From contig CAWGAA010000002.1 of NCBI GenBank assembly GCA_963820525.1, positions 654,535 through 718,534 of the forward strand: a DNA stretch of 64,000 nt, read 5' to 3'. The notes under the pieces are model-generated. The model was not told where the DNA came from and did no database searches. It was given only the letters and a program-made list of their open reading frames with translations. Positions 55,594 through 64,000 of this stretch are shown here, one piece after another (the stretch's first letter is position 1; each line of letters begins with the position of its first letter). The position numbers were made by a program, and so were the translations under genes. This DNA is from an uncultured Spirochaetota bacterium (GTDB lineage Bacteria; Spirochaetota; Spirochaetia; SZUA-6; Fen-1364).

Positions 55594-56487
55594 ATGGAAG
55601 AAGCTTCGAAAGTCACCTTTTTCGAGAGGCGCGCGACGGTCTGTCCCGTCTGCGAAGCGAAGTTTTACCGCGAGGATCTGCTGTCGGGGGGAGGGCGGCT
55701 GCTCGCCGGAGCGCTCACGGACGAGCTTCGGCGGCTCTACGAGCCCTCCCGCAGGTACGGCGAGGTCCATCCCCTGATCTATCCCGTGACGGTGTGCCCG
55801 GTCTGCTTCTACTCCGCCTACCCCCAGGATTTCCTCAGGATCCCCCCGGAGAGGATCAAGGAGGCGGAGGTGAATGCCGACGAGAGGCGTGACGACGTCG
55901 CCCTCCTGTTCCCCGAGCTCGATTTCACCTCCCCCCGGACGCTGAAGGAGGGGGTCGCAAGCTATTTCTTCGCGATGATCTGCTACGAGTTCTTCGACAA
56001 GACGAGCAATCCCACCTTCAAGGCGGGGCTTTCGGCCCTGCGGGGAGCCTGGCTCCTGGGAGATCTCCACGCCCACCTTCCCGGCAACAATTTCGATTTC
56101 ACGTCCAAGCTCTTTTACAGGAAGGCGCGCTCCTATTACCTGCTCACCCTGGAGAAGGAACAAAACGGCGAGGAACCCCTGGCAGGAGGGCTTCAATTCG
56201 GACCGGACCTCGACAAGAACTACGGGTATGACGGGTTGATCTACCTCACGAGCTACCTCGATTACAAGCACGGCGATGAGGGGAAGCCCGAGAGCCGCAT
56301 CGAGTCCCTGGAGTTCGCCAAGAGGATGATCGCCAAGGTATTCGGGGTGGGGAAGGCTTCCCGCTCCAAGCCCTCCACTCTCCTGGAGCAGGCCAAGAAG
56401 ATCTACGCGGCGATCGGCGAGGAGATTGCCCGGTTGAAGGGAGAAGAGGCTCCCGTCGCCGGAATGGAAGAGGAAACCGAGGCTTGA
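55594..56487 (+). CDS. DUF2225-family zinc-ribbon protein
   Basis: CPVC...CPVC; LRGAWL; position between acpS and truA. Confidence 0.75.
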   Translation: MEEASKVTFFERRATVCPVCEAKFYREDLLSGGGRLLAGALTDELRRLYEPSRRYGEVHPLIYPVTVCPVCFYSAYPQDFLRIPPERIKEAEVNADERRDDVALLFPELDFTSPRTLKEGVASYFFAMICYEFFDKTSNPTFKAGLSALRGAWLLGDLHAHLPGNNFDFTSKLFYRKARSYYLLTLEKEQNGEEPLAGGLQFGPDLDKNYGYDGLIYLTSYLDYKHGDEGKPESRIESLEFAKRMIAKVFGVGKASRSKPSTLLEQAKKIYAAIGEEIARLKGEEAPVAGMEEETEA

Positions 56488-57329
56488 GCGAGCCGAGAGA
56501 GACCGAGGCGGGCGCCGGCGCCCCGATGCGCGATCCTGAAGGGGGCGCGGCAGTCGCCGTCGTCGCGAAGCGCAACATCAAGCTCACGATCGCCTATGAC
56601 GGGAGCGAGTTCTGCGGCTGGCAGATCCAGAACGAGGACCGCACCATCCAGGGAGTGCTTCAGGAGGCCCTCGCGCGGATGCATGGGCATCCCGTGCGCG
56701 TCACGGCCGCGGGCCGAACCGACTCGGGAGTTCATGCAACGGGGCAGGTCGCCAACTTCTCCACGGAGCTGTCCTCCATCCCGGCCGAGCGCTTTCGGGA
56801 CGCGATCAACTCGTATCTTCCGCGGGATGTGCGGGTGCTCTCAAGCGAGGAGGTTCCCGAGCGTTTTCACGCGCGGCGCTGGGCAACGCTTCGGGTGTAT
56901 CGGTACTACATCCTCCAGGGCCCCGTCTGCCCGCCCCATCTGCGCGACTTCTGCCATTGGACGCGGCGCAGGCTCGACATGGTGAAGCTGAACGAGATGG
57001 CCTCTCTCCTCGAGGGGGAGCACGATTTCACAAGCTTCTCGTCGCGGGGAGACCGCAACAGGAGCAAGATCCGGCAGGTGCTCACGTCCTCCTTTCACGC
57101 CGAGGGGAGCTTTCTCGTGTATACGATCGCGGCCTCCTCGTTTCTCTGGAAGATGGTGCGCACCGTGATCGGCACTCTTCTCATGGTGGAGGAGGCCGGG
57201 CAGGGGGTCGAAGAGTTCCGCCGCATCCTGGAAGCCCGCTCCCGCTTCGAGGCGGGAGGGACGGCCCCGCCCCGCGGCTTGTTTCTGGAAAAGGTGGTTT
57301 ATGGAGAAGGACGCAGCAACACTCGTTGA
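56484..57329 (+). CDS. truA: tRNA pseudouridine(38-40) synthase
   Basis: AYDGS.F.GWQ, AGRTDSGVHA, FHAR, FLWKMVR. Confidence 0.95.
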   Translation: MSEPRETEAGAGAPMRDPEGGAAVAVVAKRNIKLTIAYDGSEFCGWQIQNEDRTIQGVLQEALARMHGHPVRVTAAGRTDSGVHATGQVANFSTELSSIPAERFRDAINSYLPRDVRVLSSEEVPERFHARRWATLRVYRYYILQGPVCPPHLRDFCHWTRRRLDMVKLNEMASLLEGEHDFTSFSSRGDRNRSKIRQVLTSSFHAEGSFLVYTIAASSFLWKMVRTVIGTLLMVEEAGQGVEEFRRILEARSRFEAGGTAPPRGLFLEKVVYGEGRSNTR

Positions 57330-58023
57330 GCTCTGGAACGCCGTGAACCTGATCGACGATTGGCTTTCCGGCGGATTCACTCGAGATCATGGCGGGCTCC
57401 AGATCGAGGAGGAGAAAACCCCCATTCTGGCCAGGGAAGCCGCATCGGCGGAGGCGGACCAGCGGGCCGACGCGGAGCGCGCCGCCCAGATCGCCCTGAT
57501 TGCCGGGGAAGTGGCCGGGTGCACGAAATGCGCCCTTTCGCTGAACCGGACGCGAACGGTGCCCGGGGAAGGGGCTCCGGATCCCCTGGTTCTCCTTGTC
57601 GGCGAAGGCCCCGGGGAAGAAGAGGACAAGACCGGCCGTCCTTTCGTGGGACGCGCGGGGCAGTACCTGGATACATGGCTGAAGCCTTTGGGGCTGGACC
57701 GAAAGAAGTGCTTCGTGGCCAACTGCGTAAAATGCAGGCCGCCCCAGAACCGGGAGCCGCATCCCGAGGAGATCTCCTCCTGCGCTCCATACCTGGAGCG
57801 CCAGATCGAGGCCTTGAAGCCCCGCGTCATCCTCTGCCTCGGGCGGATCGCCTCGCAGCACCTTCTTTCCACAACGGCGAGCCTCGCCGCTTCCCGCGGG
57901 AGGGTGCATTCCCGAAACGCCATCCCCCTCGTGGTCACCTATCACCCCAGCGCCGTGCTGCGCGATGAGACCCTCCGGCGGCCCGTGTGGGAGGACCTCA
58001 AGCTCTTGAAGACGCTGTTGTAG
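57301..58023 (+). CDS. uracil-DNA glycosylase family 4 (Fe-S)
   Basis: CTKC, GEGPG, PFVGRAG, KCRPPQNR, YHPS. Confidence 0.92.
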   Translation: MEKDAATLVELWNAVNLIDDWLSGGFTRDHGGLQIEEEKTPILAREAASAEADQRADAERAAQIALIAGEVAGCTKCALSLNRTRTVPGEGAPDPLVLLVGEGPGEEEDKTGRPFVGRAGQYLDTWLKPLGLDRKKCFVANCVKCRPPQNREPHPEEISSCAPYLERQIEALKPRVILCLGRIASQHLLSTTASLAASRGRVHSRNAIPLVVTYHPSAVLRDETLRRPVWEDLKLLKTLL

Positions 58024-58024
58024 A

Positions 58025-59971
58025 ATGAGCCGCTTCGTCGAGGTCGCCTTCAATCTCCCCATGAAAAAGTGCTTTACCTACCTCCTGCCCGACGGCATCG
58101 AGGCGCCGGTGGGAGTGCGCGTGGCCGCCCCGTTCGGAAGGAGGCGCCTCGCCGGCTGCGTGGTCGCCGAGCGGGACGCCCCGCCCGAGGGGGTGGGAGA
58201 GATCCGGGAGATCGGCCGCGCCATAGACAAGCGGACCATATTCGGTGATGACACCCTGGAGCTCGCGCGCTGGGTGTCGAGCATGTACATGTGCTCTCTG
58301 GGAGAGGCGCTCGCCGTGATCCTCCCCGGGGGAAGGCGGGAAGGGGAGGCCGAGGAGTTTCCCCTGGAGGAGGAGAGCCGGGAGTACCAGCTCGCCGATC
58401 AGCAGCTTCAAGCGATCTCCTCCATATCATCCCGCGGGGAAGGCTCGTTCTATCTCTTCGGAGTGACGGGCTCGGGGAAGACGGACGTGTACCTGCGCGT
58501 CGCAAAGCAGGTCGTGACCGGAGGAAGGGGGGTCATCTATCTCGTGCCCGAAATCTCGCTCACCCACCAGATCGTGCGGACCTTCCGCTCCGCCTTCAAG
58601 GAGAGGCTCGCTGTCCTCCATTCGGCCCTCACGCCGTCACAGAGGCTTCGGGAATGGCGGCGGGTGCGCGACGGGGAGGTGGACGTGGCAATCGGCGCGC
58701 GAAGCGCTGTTTTCGCTCCCTTCCCCCGGCTGGGCCTGATCGTCATCGACGAGGAGCACGAGGGCTCCTACAAGTCGAACTCCACCCCGCGCTACTCCGC
58801 GCGCCAGGTCGCCATGTACCGCGCGACAAAGGCGAACGCCATCCTCATCATGGGAAGCGCCACCCCCTCGGTCGAGGCGTATCACCGCATCAAAGAGGGG
58901 AAACTGGAATGCTTCCTCCTTCCCGACAGGCTTTCCGGCGGAAGGATGCCCGAGATCGAAGTTGTGGACATGCGCAAGCAGCACGGTCCGCTCTCCGCTC
59001 CGCTTCTCGAGGAGATTGCGCATGCCCACGCGGCGGGGCGCCAGACGATCCTCTTCCTCAACCGCCGGGGCTTTGCCTATTTCTTCCACTGCAAATCCTG
59101 CGGGTTTCAGATGACGTGCAAGCACTGCTCCGTGGCGCTCACCTACCATAAGGAGAGGGGCCGGATGGTCTGCCACTACTGCGGGTTCGCCGCCTCCCCA
59201 ATGGAGGCCTGCCCGCAGTGCGATTCACTTGATGTCGGCTACTCGGGGTTCGGCACGGAGGGCATCGAGGAGGAGCTTTCACGGACGTTTCCCGGCCTCG
59301 TGGTGCGGAGGATAGATACGGATACGGTGCGCAAGCGGGCGACGCTCCGCCAGGCTCTCACGCAGTTTCGAGACGGCCAGATCGACGTACTGATCGGAAC
59401 CCAGATGGTGGCCAAGGGCCTGAACTTCCCCGGAGTGAAGCTGGTGGGAATCGTCAATGCCGATACCGGTTTCCAGCTTCCCGACTTCCGAGCCGCCGAG
59501 AGGACCTTCGGGCTTCTTGTCCAGGTCTCCGGCAGGGCGGGGAGGAGTCTCCCCGACGGCAAGGTCCTGATCCAGACGTTCCAGCCCGAAAACCCGGCCA
59601 TTGTCTGCGCCCGGGAAGGGCGGCTGGACGCTTTCTACTCCCGCGAGATCGAGACCCGCCGCCAGCTCGGCTTTCCGCCTTTCAGCAGGCTCATCAGGAT
59701 CGTGGTTCGGGGAAGGAACAAGGCGAAGACGCAGGCAGCCATGGGAGAGCTGGCCCGTGTCCTGCTCGAGAGGCTGGGGAACGCGGGTGAGGTCCTGGGG
59801 CCGGCGGAGTGCCCAATCGCGCGAATCTCCGGCAACTTCAGATTCCAGCTCATCGTACGGACCGGCTCGTTTAAAGCGGCCCACCAGAGGGTGAGCGAAG
59901 CTTTCACGGACTTCCGCTTTCCATCCGGGATATACGGCGAAGCCGACGTCGATCCGCAGGCCCTCCTGTAG
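58025..59971 (+). CDS. priA: primosomal protein N'
   Basis: GVTGSGKT, VPEISLT, DEEH, SATPS, Cys-rich Zn motifs, QVSGRAGR. Confidence 0.95.
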   Translation: MSRFVEVAFNLPMKKCFTYLLPDGIEAPVGVRVAAPFGRRRLAGCVVAERDAPPEGVGEIREIGRAIDKRTIFGDDTLELARWVSSMYMCSLGEALAVILPGGRREGEAEEFPLEEESREYQLADQQLQAISSISSRGEGSFYLFGVTGSGKTDVYLRVAKQVVTGGRGVIYLVPEISLTHQIVRTFRSAFKERLAVLHSALTPSQRLREWRRVRDGEVDVAIGARSAVFAPFPRLGLIVIDEEHEGSYKSNSTPRYSARQVAMYRATKANAILIMGSATPSVEAYHRIKEGKLECFLLPDRLSGGRMPEIEVVDMRKQHGPLSAPLLEEIAHAHAAGRQTILFLNRRGFAYFFHCKSCGFQMTCKHCSVALTYHKERGRMVCHYCGFAASPMEACPQCDSLDVGYSGFGTEGIEEELSRTFPGLVVRRIDTDTVRKRATLRQALTQFRDGQIDVLIGTQMVAKGLNFPGVKLVGIVNADTGFQLPDFRAAERTFGLLVQVSGRAGRSLPDGKVLIQTFQPENPAIVCAREGRLDAFYSREIETRRQLGFPPFSRLIRIVVRGRNKAKTQAAMGELARVLLERLGNAGEVLGPAECPIARISGNFRFQLIVRTGSFKAAHQRVSEAFTDFRFPSGIYGEADVDPQALL

Positions 59972-59985
59972 GACTCGCCGGTTCG

Positions 59986-60014
59986 TTGACTTTGGCCGGG
60001 GCTTTGGCTACTAT
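59986..60014 (+). promoter_or_regulatory. sigma70 promoter of def-fmt
   Basis: TTGACT-17 bp-TACTAT. Confidence 0.65.
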
Positions 60015-60035
60015 TTTTGCGGGAATCGATTCACA

Positions 60036-60524
60036 ATGATGAACATCATCACACTGGGAGACCCGCTGCTGAAGAAGCATTCGGCGGTGGTGCCGGATAT
60101 AAACGGAGAGGTGAACAGGCTGGCGCAGGAGATGCTCGCCACCCTCGCTTCCGCCAAGGGGATCGGCCTGGCGGCGGTGCAGGTGGGAGAGCTGGTGCGG
60201 ATCTTCGTCACGCGCGTGGGCAAAGACTCTGCGCGGGTCTTCATCAACCCCGACATCCTGGAGACATCGATCGAGCAGGTCGAGCTCGAAGAGGGGTGTC
60301 TCAGCATTCCCGGAATCAACGCCGACGTGACGCGTTCCGAATCCGTCCGCGTGCAGGCGTGGAACGAGAAGGGGAAGCTTTTCACCCTGAGCGCGGATGG
60401 CCTCCTGGCCCGCGTCATCCAGCACGAGATCGACCACTTGAACGGCATCCTCTTCATCGACCGCGTGGGAGCCAAGAAAAAGAACCGGTTACTGGAAGCC
60501 TACGAGGAACGCGTGCAGCTGTAA
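60036..60524 (+). CDS. def: peptide deformylase
   Basis: GIGLAAVQ, EGCLS, QHEIDH. Confidence 0.95.
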   Translation: MMNIITLGDPLLKKHSAVVPDINGEVNRLAQEMLATLASAKGIGLAAVQVGELVRIFVTRVGKDSARVFINPDILETSIEQVELEEGCLSIPGINADVTRSESVRVQAWNEKGKLFTLSADGLLARVIQHEIDHLNGILFIDRVGAKKKNRLLEAYEERVQL

Positions 60525-61483
60525 TGCGCATCCTCTTCGCGGGCACCCCATCGATAGCGGTCCCGTCCCTGGAGCAGGCAAGCCGGAGGCATGAGGTCTG
60601 CGCGGTGCTCACGGGCGCTGACCAGGCCGCGGGCCGGGGCAAGAAGCTCGAGGCTTCTCCCGTCAAGCGGCGGGCAGGAGAGCTGGGGCTCACGGTGCTG
60701 GAGGCGCAGCGCATTAACGCGGAGGTCACCGCCGCCGTGAGGTCCATGGCGCCCCACCTCCTGGTCGTGGTGGCTTTCGGAAAGATTTTCAAAAAGAGCT
60801 TCATTGATCTGTTCCCCCGGGGAGGCATCAACCTCCACCCGTCGCTTCTTCCCCGCTACCGCGGGCCGTCTCCCATCGCGGCCGCAGTCCTCGGGGGAGA
60901 TGCTGAAACGGGCGTGACCGTCCAGAGGCTTGCCCTGAGGTTCGATTCCGGCGATATCCTTGCCCAGGAAAGGGTTCCGCTCAGCGGCGACGAAACCACG
61001 GGGGGGCTTTCCCAACGGCTGGGGGAGATTGGCGCCGGGCTCCTCTGCCGGGTATTGGAGAAGCTCGAGTCGGCAGAGATTCAAGGCACTCCCCAGAACG
61101 AGGAGGAGGCCACGTACTGCCGCCTCGTGAAAAAGGAAGAGGGCAGGATCGATTGGACCGAGAGCGCATCCCTTATCGAGCGGAAGGTCCGCGCCTTCGA
61201 CCCCTGGCCCCGGGCGGCGACCGTCTGGGAAGGCCGCACCCTTCTGGTCTTGAAATCCCGCGTCTCTCTCGATACCCTGGGCGAGATTTCCCCACCCCCG
61301 GACGGCGCCCTTGCCCCTCCGGGAACCGTGGTGGGCTGCCAGAGGGAGCAGGGACTCCTGGTTGCGACTGGCGCAGGGCTCCTCGCCGTGGAGCGCCTCC
61401 AGCTCGAGTTCAAGAAACCTTTGGACTGGCGGGCTTTTCTCAATGGCCACCCCCATGTGATCGGGGCCCGTTTCGGAGGATGA
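60524..61483 (+). CDS. fmt: methionyl-tRNA formyltransferase
   Basis: MRILFAGTP, NLHPSLLPRYRGPSP; ATG overlaps the def stop. Confidence 0.95.
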   Translation: MRILFAGTPSIAVPSLEQASRRHEVCAVLTGADQAAGRGKKLEASPVKRRAGELGLTVLEAQRINAEVTAAVRSMAPHLLVVVAFGKIFKKSFIDLFPRGGINLHPSLLPRYRGPSPIAAAVLGGDAETGVTVQRLALRFDSGDILAQERVPLSGDETTGGLSQRLGEIGAGLLCRVLEKLESAEIQGTPQNEEEATYCRLVKKEEGRIDWTESASLIERKVRAFDPWPRAATVWEGRTLLVLKSRVSLDTLGEISPPPDGALAPPGTVVGCQREQGLLVATGAGLLAVERLQLEFKKPLDWRAFLNGHPHVIGARFGG

Positions 61484-61484
61484 A

Positions 61485-62561
61485 ATGAGGGATTTCTTCT
61501 GGCGGATTCGAAGGCACGTGGAAAGCGCCCTGCGCTGGGGGCGCGCCCTGTTGTCGAAGACCCTGCCGAACCAGGCCGACACCCAGGAGGTCCGCGGCCT
61601 CAAGCTGACCGTTTCTCTTTTCGTCGGCATCATCGGCCTGATGATCATCATCAGCCTCCTCACCTTCGCCATTGCGGTCCGCGGCGGTGAGCAGACCCTC
61701 GTTCCCAACGTGAAGGGCAAGGACCTGGTGGCGGCCCTCCAGGACCTCCAGGCCAAGGGCCTGTACCCCACCGTCCAGGTCCAGTTCTCCAATGACCTCG
61801 AGAAGGACGTCGTAATGGACCAGAACCCGGCAGCCGGCACCCTGGTGAAAGCGGGCAAGCAGGTGAAGCTCAAGGTCAGCAAGGGCCCCGTCCTCGACAA
61901 GGTGGAGAATTACGTGGGTCAAAGCCTCGAGGAGGTGCGAAGCTACCTCCAGACCCTTTTCTCCACAAACAGCCCCAACCTCATCATCAAGGACCCGCCC
62001 ATCTACCGGTCCTCGAAGGGAGTGCCGCCGGGAACGATCATTGCCCAATCTCCCAAGCCGGGGACAAGGATATCGGGCCTCACGTATCTGGAGTTCGTCG
62101 TGAGCCAGGGAGAATCGGAGAGCCTGGCTCGGGTGGGAACCTATACCGGGATGAGCTTCCAGGAGGCGATGGTACAGCTCACGAAGGACGACACTCCCTT
62201 CGTGTTCAGCGTCCAGAAAATGAAGGCGGGTCAACAGCCGGGAATGGTGGTCTCCCAAAGCCCCCAGCCCGATTCCCAGCTCCCCTATGGGCAGCTTGTC
62301 CAGCTCGTGATGACGGTTCCCGCCCCCGTGGGTAAGGACAAGGTGTTCGGGGTCTTCAAGTATTCGCTGCCGGACTATCCCATCATGGTCGACGTCCGCC
62401 TGGACGTTGTATCGGACACGGGCACGGTGTCCATCCTGGCCATGAAGCATCCCGGCGGGCCCCTCTCCGTGCCCTACATCGTGCCCGAGGACAGCGAGCT
62501 CGTGCTTTCCGTGCTGGACAAGGAAGAGGTGCGGGAAAAGGCCTCCGCTTTCGGGTTCTAA
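61485..62561 (+). CDS. membrane-anchored PASTA-domain protein (no kinase domain)
   Basis: One TM followed by three PASTA-like repeats (VPNVKGK..Q.P..G..V). Confidence 0.85.
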   Translation: MRDFFWRIRRHVESALRWGRALLSKTLPNQADTQEVRGLKLTVSLFVGIIGLMIIISLLTFAIAVRGGEQTLVPNVKGKDLVAALQDLQAKGLYPTVQVQFSNDLEKDVVMDQNPAAGTLVKAGKQVKLKVSKGPVLDKVENYVGQSLEEVRSYLQTLFSTNSPNLIIKDPPIYRSSKGVPPGTIIAQSPKPGTRISGLTYLEFVVSQGESESLARVGTYTGMSFQEAMVQLTKDDTPFVFSVQKMKAGQQPGMVVSQSPQPDSQLPYGQLVQLVMTVPAPVGKDKVFGVFKYSLPDYPIMVDVRLDVVSDTGTVSILAMKHPGGPLSVPYIVPEDSELVLSVLDKEEVREKASAFGF

Positions 62562-62678
62562 CGGCTCGCCGGCGGAGAGCGCGGCCGGCCGGGCTGGTGC
62601 CGGTGGGAGCGCCGACGGCGTGCCTGGCAGGCGTGCCGGCGGCGCGGCGCGCTTGGCGCGCGTCAGCGGCGCAAACCG

Positions 62679-62707
62679 TTGACATACCGCACGGCCCCTG
62701 ATAATCT
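62679..62707 (+). promoter_or_regulatory. promoter of tRNA-Gly
   Basis: TTGACA-17 bp-TAATCT with extended TG. Confidence 0.6.
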
Positions 62708-62718
62708 TGGAACTTCAA

Positions 62719-62789
62719 GCGAGCGTCGTAAAATGGCATTACCCAAGCTTCCCAAGCTTGTGTCGGGGGTTCGATTCCCCTCGCTCGCT
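62719..62789 (+). tRNA. tRNA-Gly (anticodon CCC), CCA not encoded
   Basis: Acceptor GCGAGCG/CGCTCGC, anticodon arm CAAGC-TTCCCAA-GCTTG, T arm GGTTCGATTCC. Confidence 0.95.
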
Positions 62790-62831
62790 CTCCCGTGACG
62801 GCGCCCCGGCGCCGATTCCATATACGTCTTG

Positions 62832-62869
62832 AAGCCCTCCTGCCCCGGCATGGAGGGCTTTGCTTTTTT
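62832..62869 (+). terminator. intrinsic terminator after tRNA-Gly
   Basis: AAGCCCTCC...GGAGGGCTT stem followed by TGCTTTTTT. Confidence 0.75.
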
Positions 62870-62874
62870 GCGGC

Positions 62875-63252
62875 TCAGCGGCCCGCGGCGCTTGCGATGA
62901 GCAGCGCTCCACAAAGGATGTAGACGGGGCCCGCGATGTATTGTCCCCACACGAACGCCAGGATCGTGAGGCAGATCATGATGCTGCCGAATATCATGGA
63001 GAGGAAGGGCTTCATGTTCCTTGAAAGCGCGATGAAGCCCAGCGCCATGGCCGCGGCAAGGAGCGCGATCGAACCAATGAGCCTCGGAACAGTGAAGACG
63101 ATGTTCGCTCCGTTTCGGATGGCGAACCTCTGGAGGTCGAGCAGGAGCGAGTAGGGGCGCTTCTCCGGCCACAGATCGAGGATATCTCCCACCGCCCAAC
63201 CCGCGCCAATAAAACCGAAGAGGGTGAGCAGGATGCGTATTGTCAGTTTCAC
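62875..63252 (-). CDS. small integral membrane protein, unknown function
   Basis: About four hydrophobic segments; TATAAT 6 nt before the GTG. Confidence 0.6.
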   Translation of the reverse strand: MKLTIRILLTLFGFIGAGWAVGDILDLWPEKRPYSLLLDLQRFAIRNGANIVFTVPRLIGSIALLAAAMALGFIALSRNMKPFLSMIFGSIMICLTILAFVWGQYIAGPVYILCGALLIASAAGR

Positions 63253-63344
63253 CCCCCGATTATATGAAAAACAGTCCGAGACTCCATCCCTCGAGGCCCC
63301 CGTTCGCCTTGTTTTCCCATTCCGGCGCGGCTATACTTTCGGCA

Positions 63345-64000
63345 GTGAGAATGGTCCTCGCTTTCGTCGTCATGCTGTGCCTTGGGACGGGCATTTTTGC
63401 CGACGATATAAGCTTCGGCGCGGGCTTCAGCGGGGCTTACTCCATCTACGATCAGAGCGTATCCAACTCGGGCGGTTCCCTTGCGAACGTGGTTTCCACC
63501 TTTCCCATAGACGTGAAGGCGTTCGTGGATTTCGGGTTCCTGGAGCTCTCCCTGGGCTACCTCATGGCCTTTGGAGGGACGAACAGCGTCGTGCTCAACG
63601 GATCGTTTTCGGCCAACCAACACTATGGGCAGAGCTCCAGCGCCGTGAGCATTTCCCTTCTCTTGAAGATGCCGATCCCCGTGGGTTCCTTCACGCTCTT
63701 CCCCCTCTTCGGCTGGGAGGGAGACCTGAACATCACGCAAAGGGATTCGACGAGCGGCGCGGATCTGAAGCCCGCCATGACGGATGAGCAGCAGAGCGGG
63801 CTCAACGAAGTCTGGCTCAAGGCCGGATTCGGGACCGACTTTCCCCTGGGTCAGTTTTTTCTTCGCGCCGAGCTCCTGGCCGGGATCAAGATCAACAGCG
63901 ACTATGAGCTTCAATCCATGGAACTCTTTCAGAGCGCGGGAGTGAACGCCTACTTTCTCGGCTTCACCTTCGATCTGAATCTCCTCTTCGGGATGAAGCT
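63345..64000 (+). CDS. outer-membrane beta-barrel protein (3' end just beyond the window)
   Basis: Open frame from GTG 63345 (MRMVLAFVVMLCLGTGIFA-DDISFGAGF...) to ...GFTFDLNLLFGMK at the edge; signal peptide, alternating strands; promoter TTGTTT-17-TATACT. Not in the ORF track because no stop codon is in the window. Confidence 0.7.
   Translation, partial: MRMVLAFVVMLCLGTGIFADDISFGAGFSGAYSIYDQSVSNSGGSLANVVSTFPIDVKAFVDFGFLELSLGYLMAFGGTNSVVLNGSFSANQHYGQSSSAVSISLLLKMPIPVGSFTLFPLFGWEGDLNITQRDSTSGADLKPAMTDEQQSGLNEVWLKAGFGTDFPLGQFFLRAELLAGIKINSDYELQSMELFQSAGVNAYFLGFTFDLNLLFGMK

Noticed and set aside
62562..62678. GC-rich palindromic intergenic stretches (also 4220-4320) as REP/MITE or CRISPR elements
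   Set aside because: They form local hairpins but are not repeated in the window, show no repeat-spacer periodicity and have no cas or transposase genes nearby.

Overview
GC-rich bacterial chromosomal segment, most likely from a free-living spirochaete (Spirochaetia). This is inferred from the yicC-(cmk-like, GKSGCGNT)-rpoZ-miaA block, cdaA-cdaR-acpS-DUF2225-truA, priA-def-fmt-PASTA, and the PilZ/HDOD/bactofilin genes. Most of the window is housekeeping: ilvBN-leuACD-cimA, fabZ/accBCDA, dapAB, pta, murC, dxs, folP and three tRNAs (Lys-TTT, Glu-TTC, Gly-CCC). Elements read directly from the DNA and absent from the ORF track are a yybP-ykoY (Mn2+) riboswitch at the left edge, a Leu/Ile/Val leader-peptide attenuator upstream of ilvB, a 31-aa basic bS22/COX24-like protein, a rod-like structured RNA ahead of tRNA-Glu, and many apparently leaderless promoters. 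The best candidate for an undescribed system is the translationally coupled cytoplasmic gluzincin (M4-like) peptidase + MBL-fold hydrolase pair (309-3433), which resembles protease-activated nuclease/effector defence modules. Other candidates are a lipoprotein + FadL/TraF-like barrel pair, an orphan FlgH-like protein and an SPT-like enzyme beside the acc genes. accC and the SPT-like gene each carry a single-base frameshift in a G run (probably sequencing error), and miaA has no canonical start codon. All functional calls come from motif recognition by eye; no database search was run.
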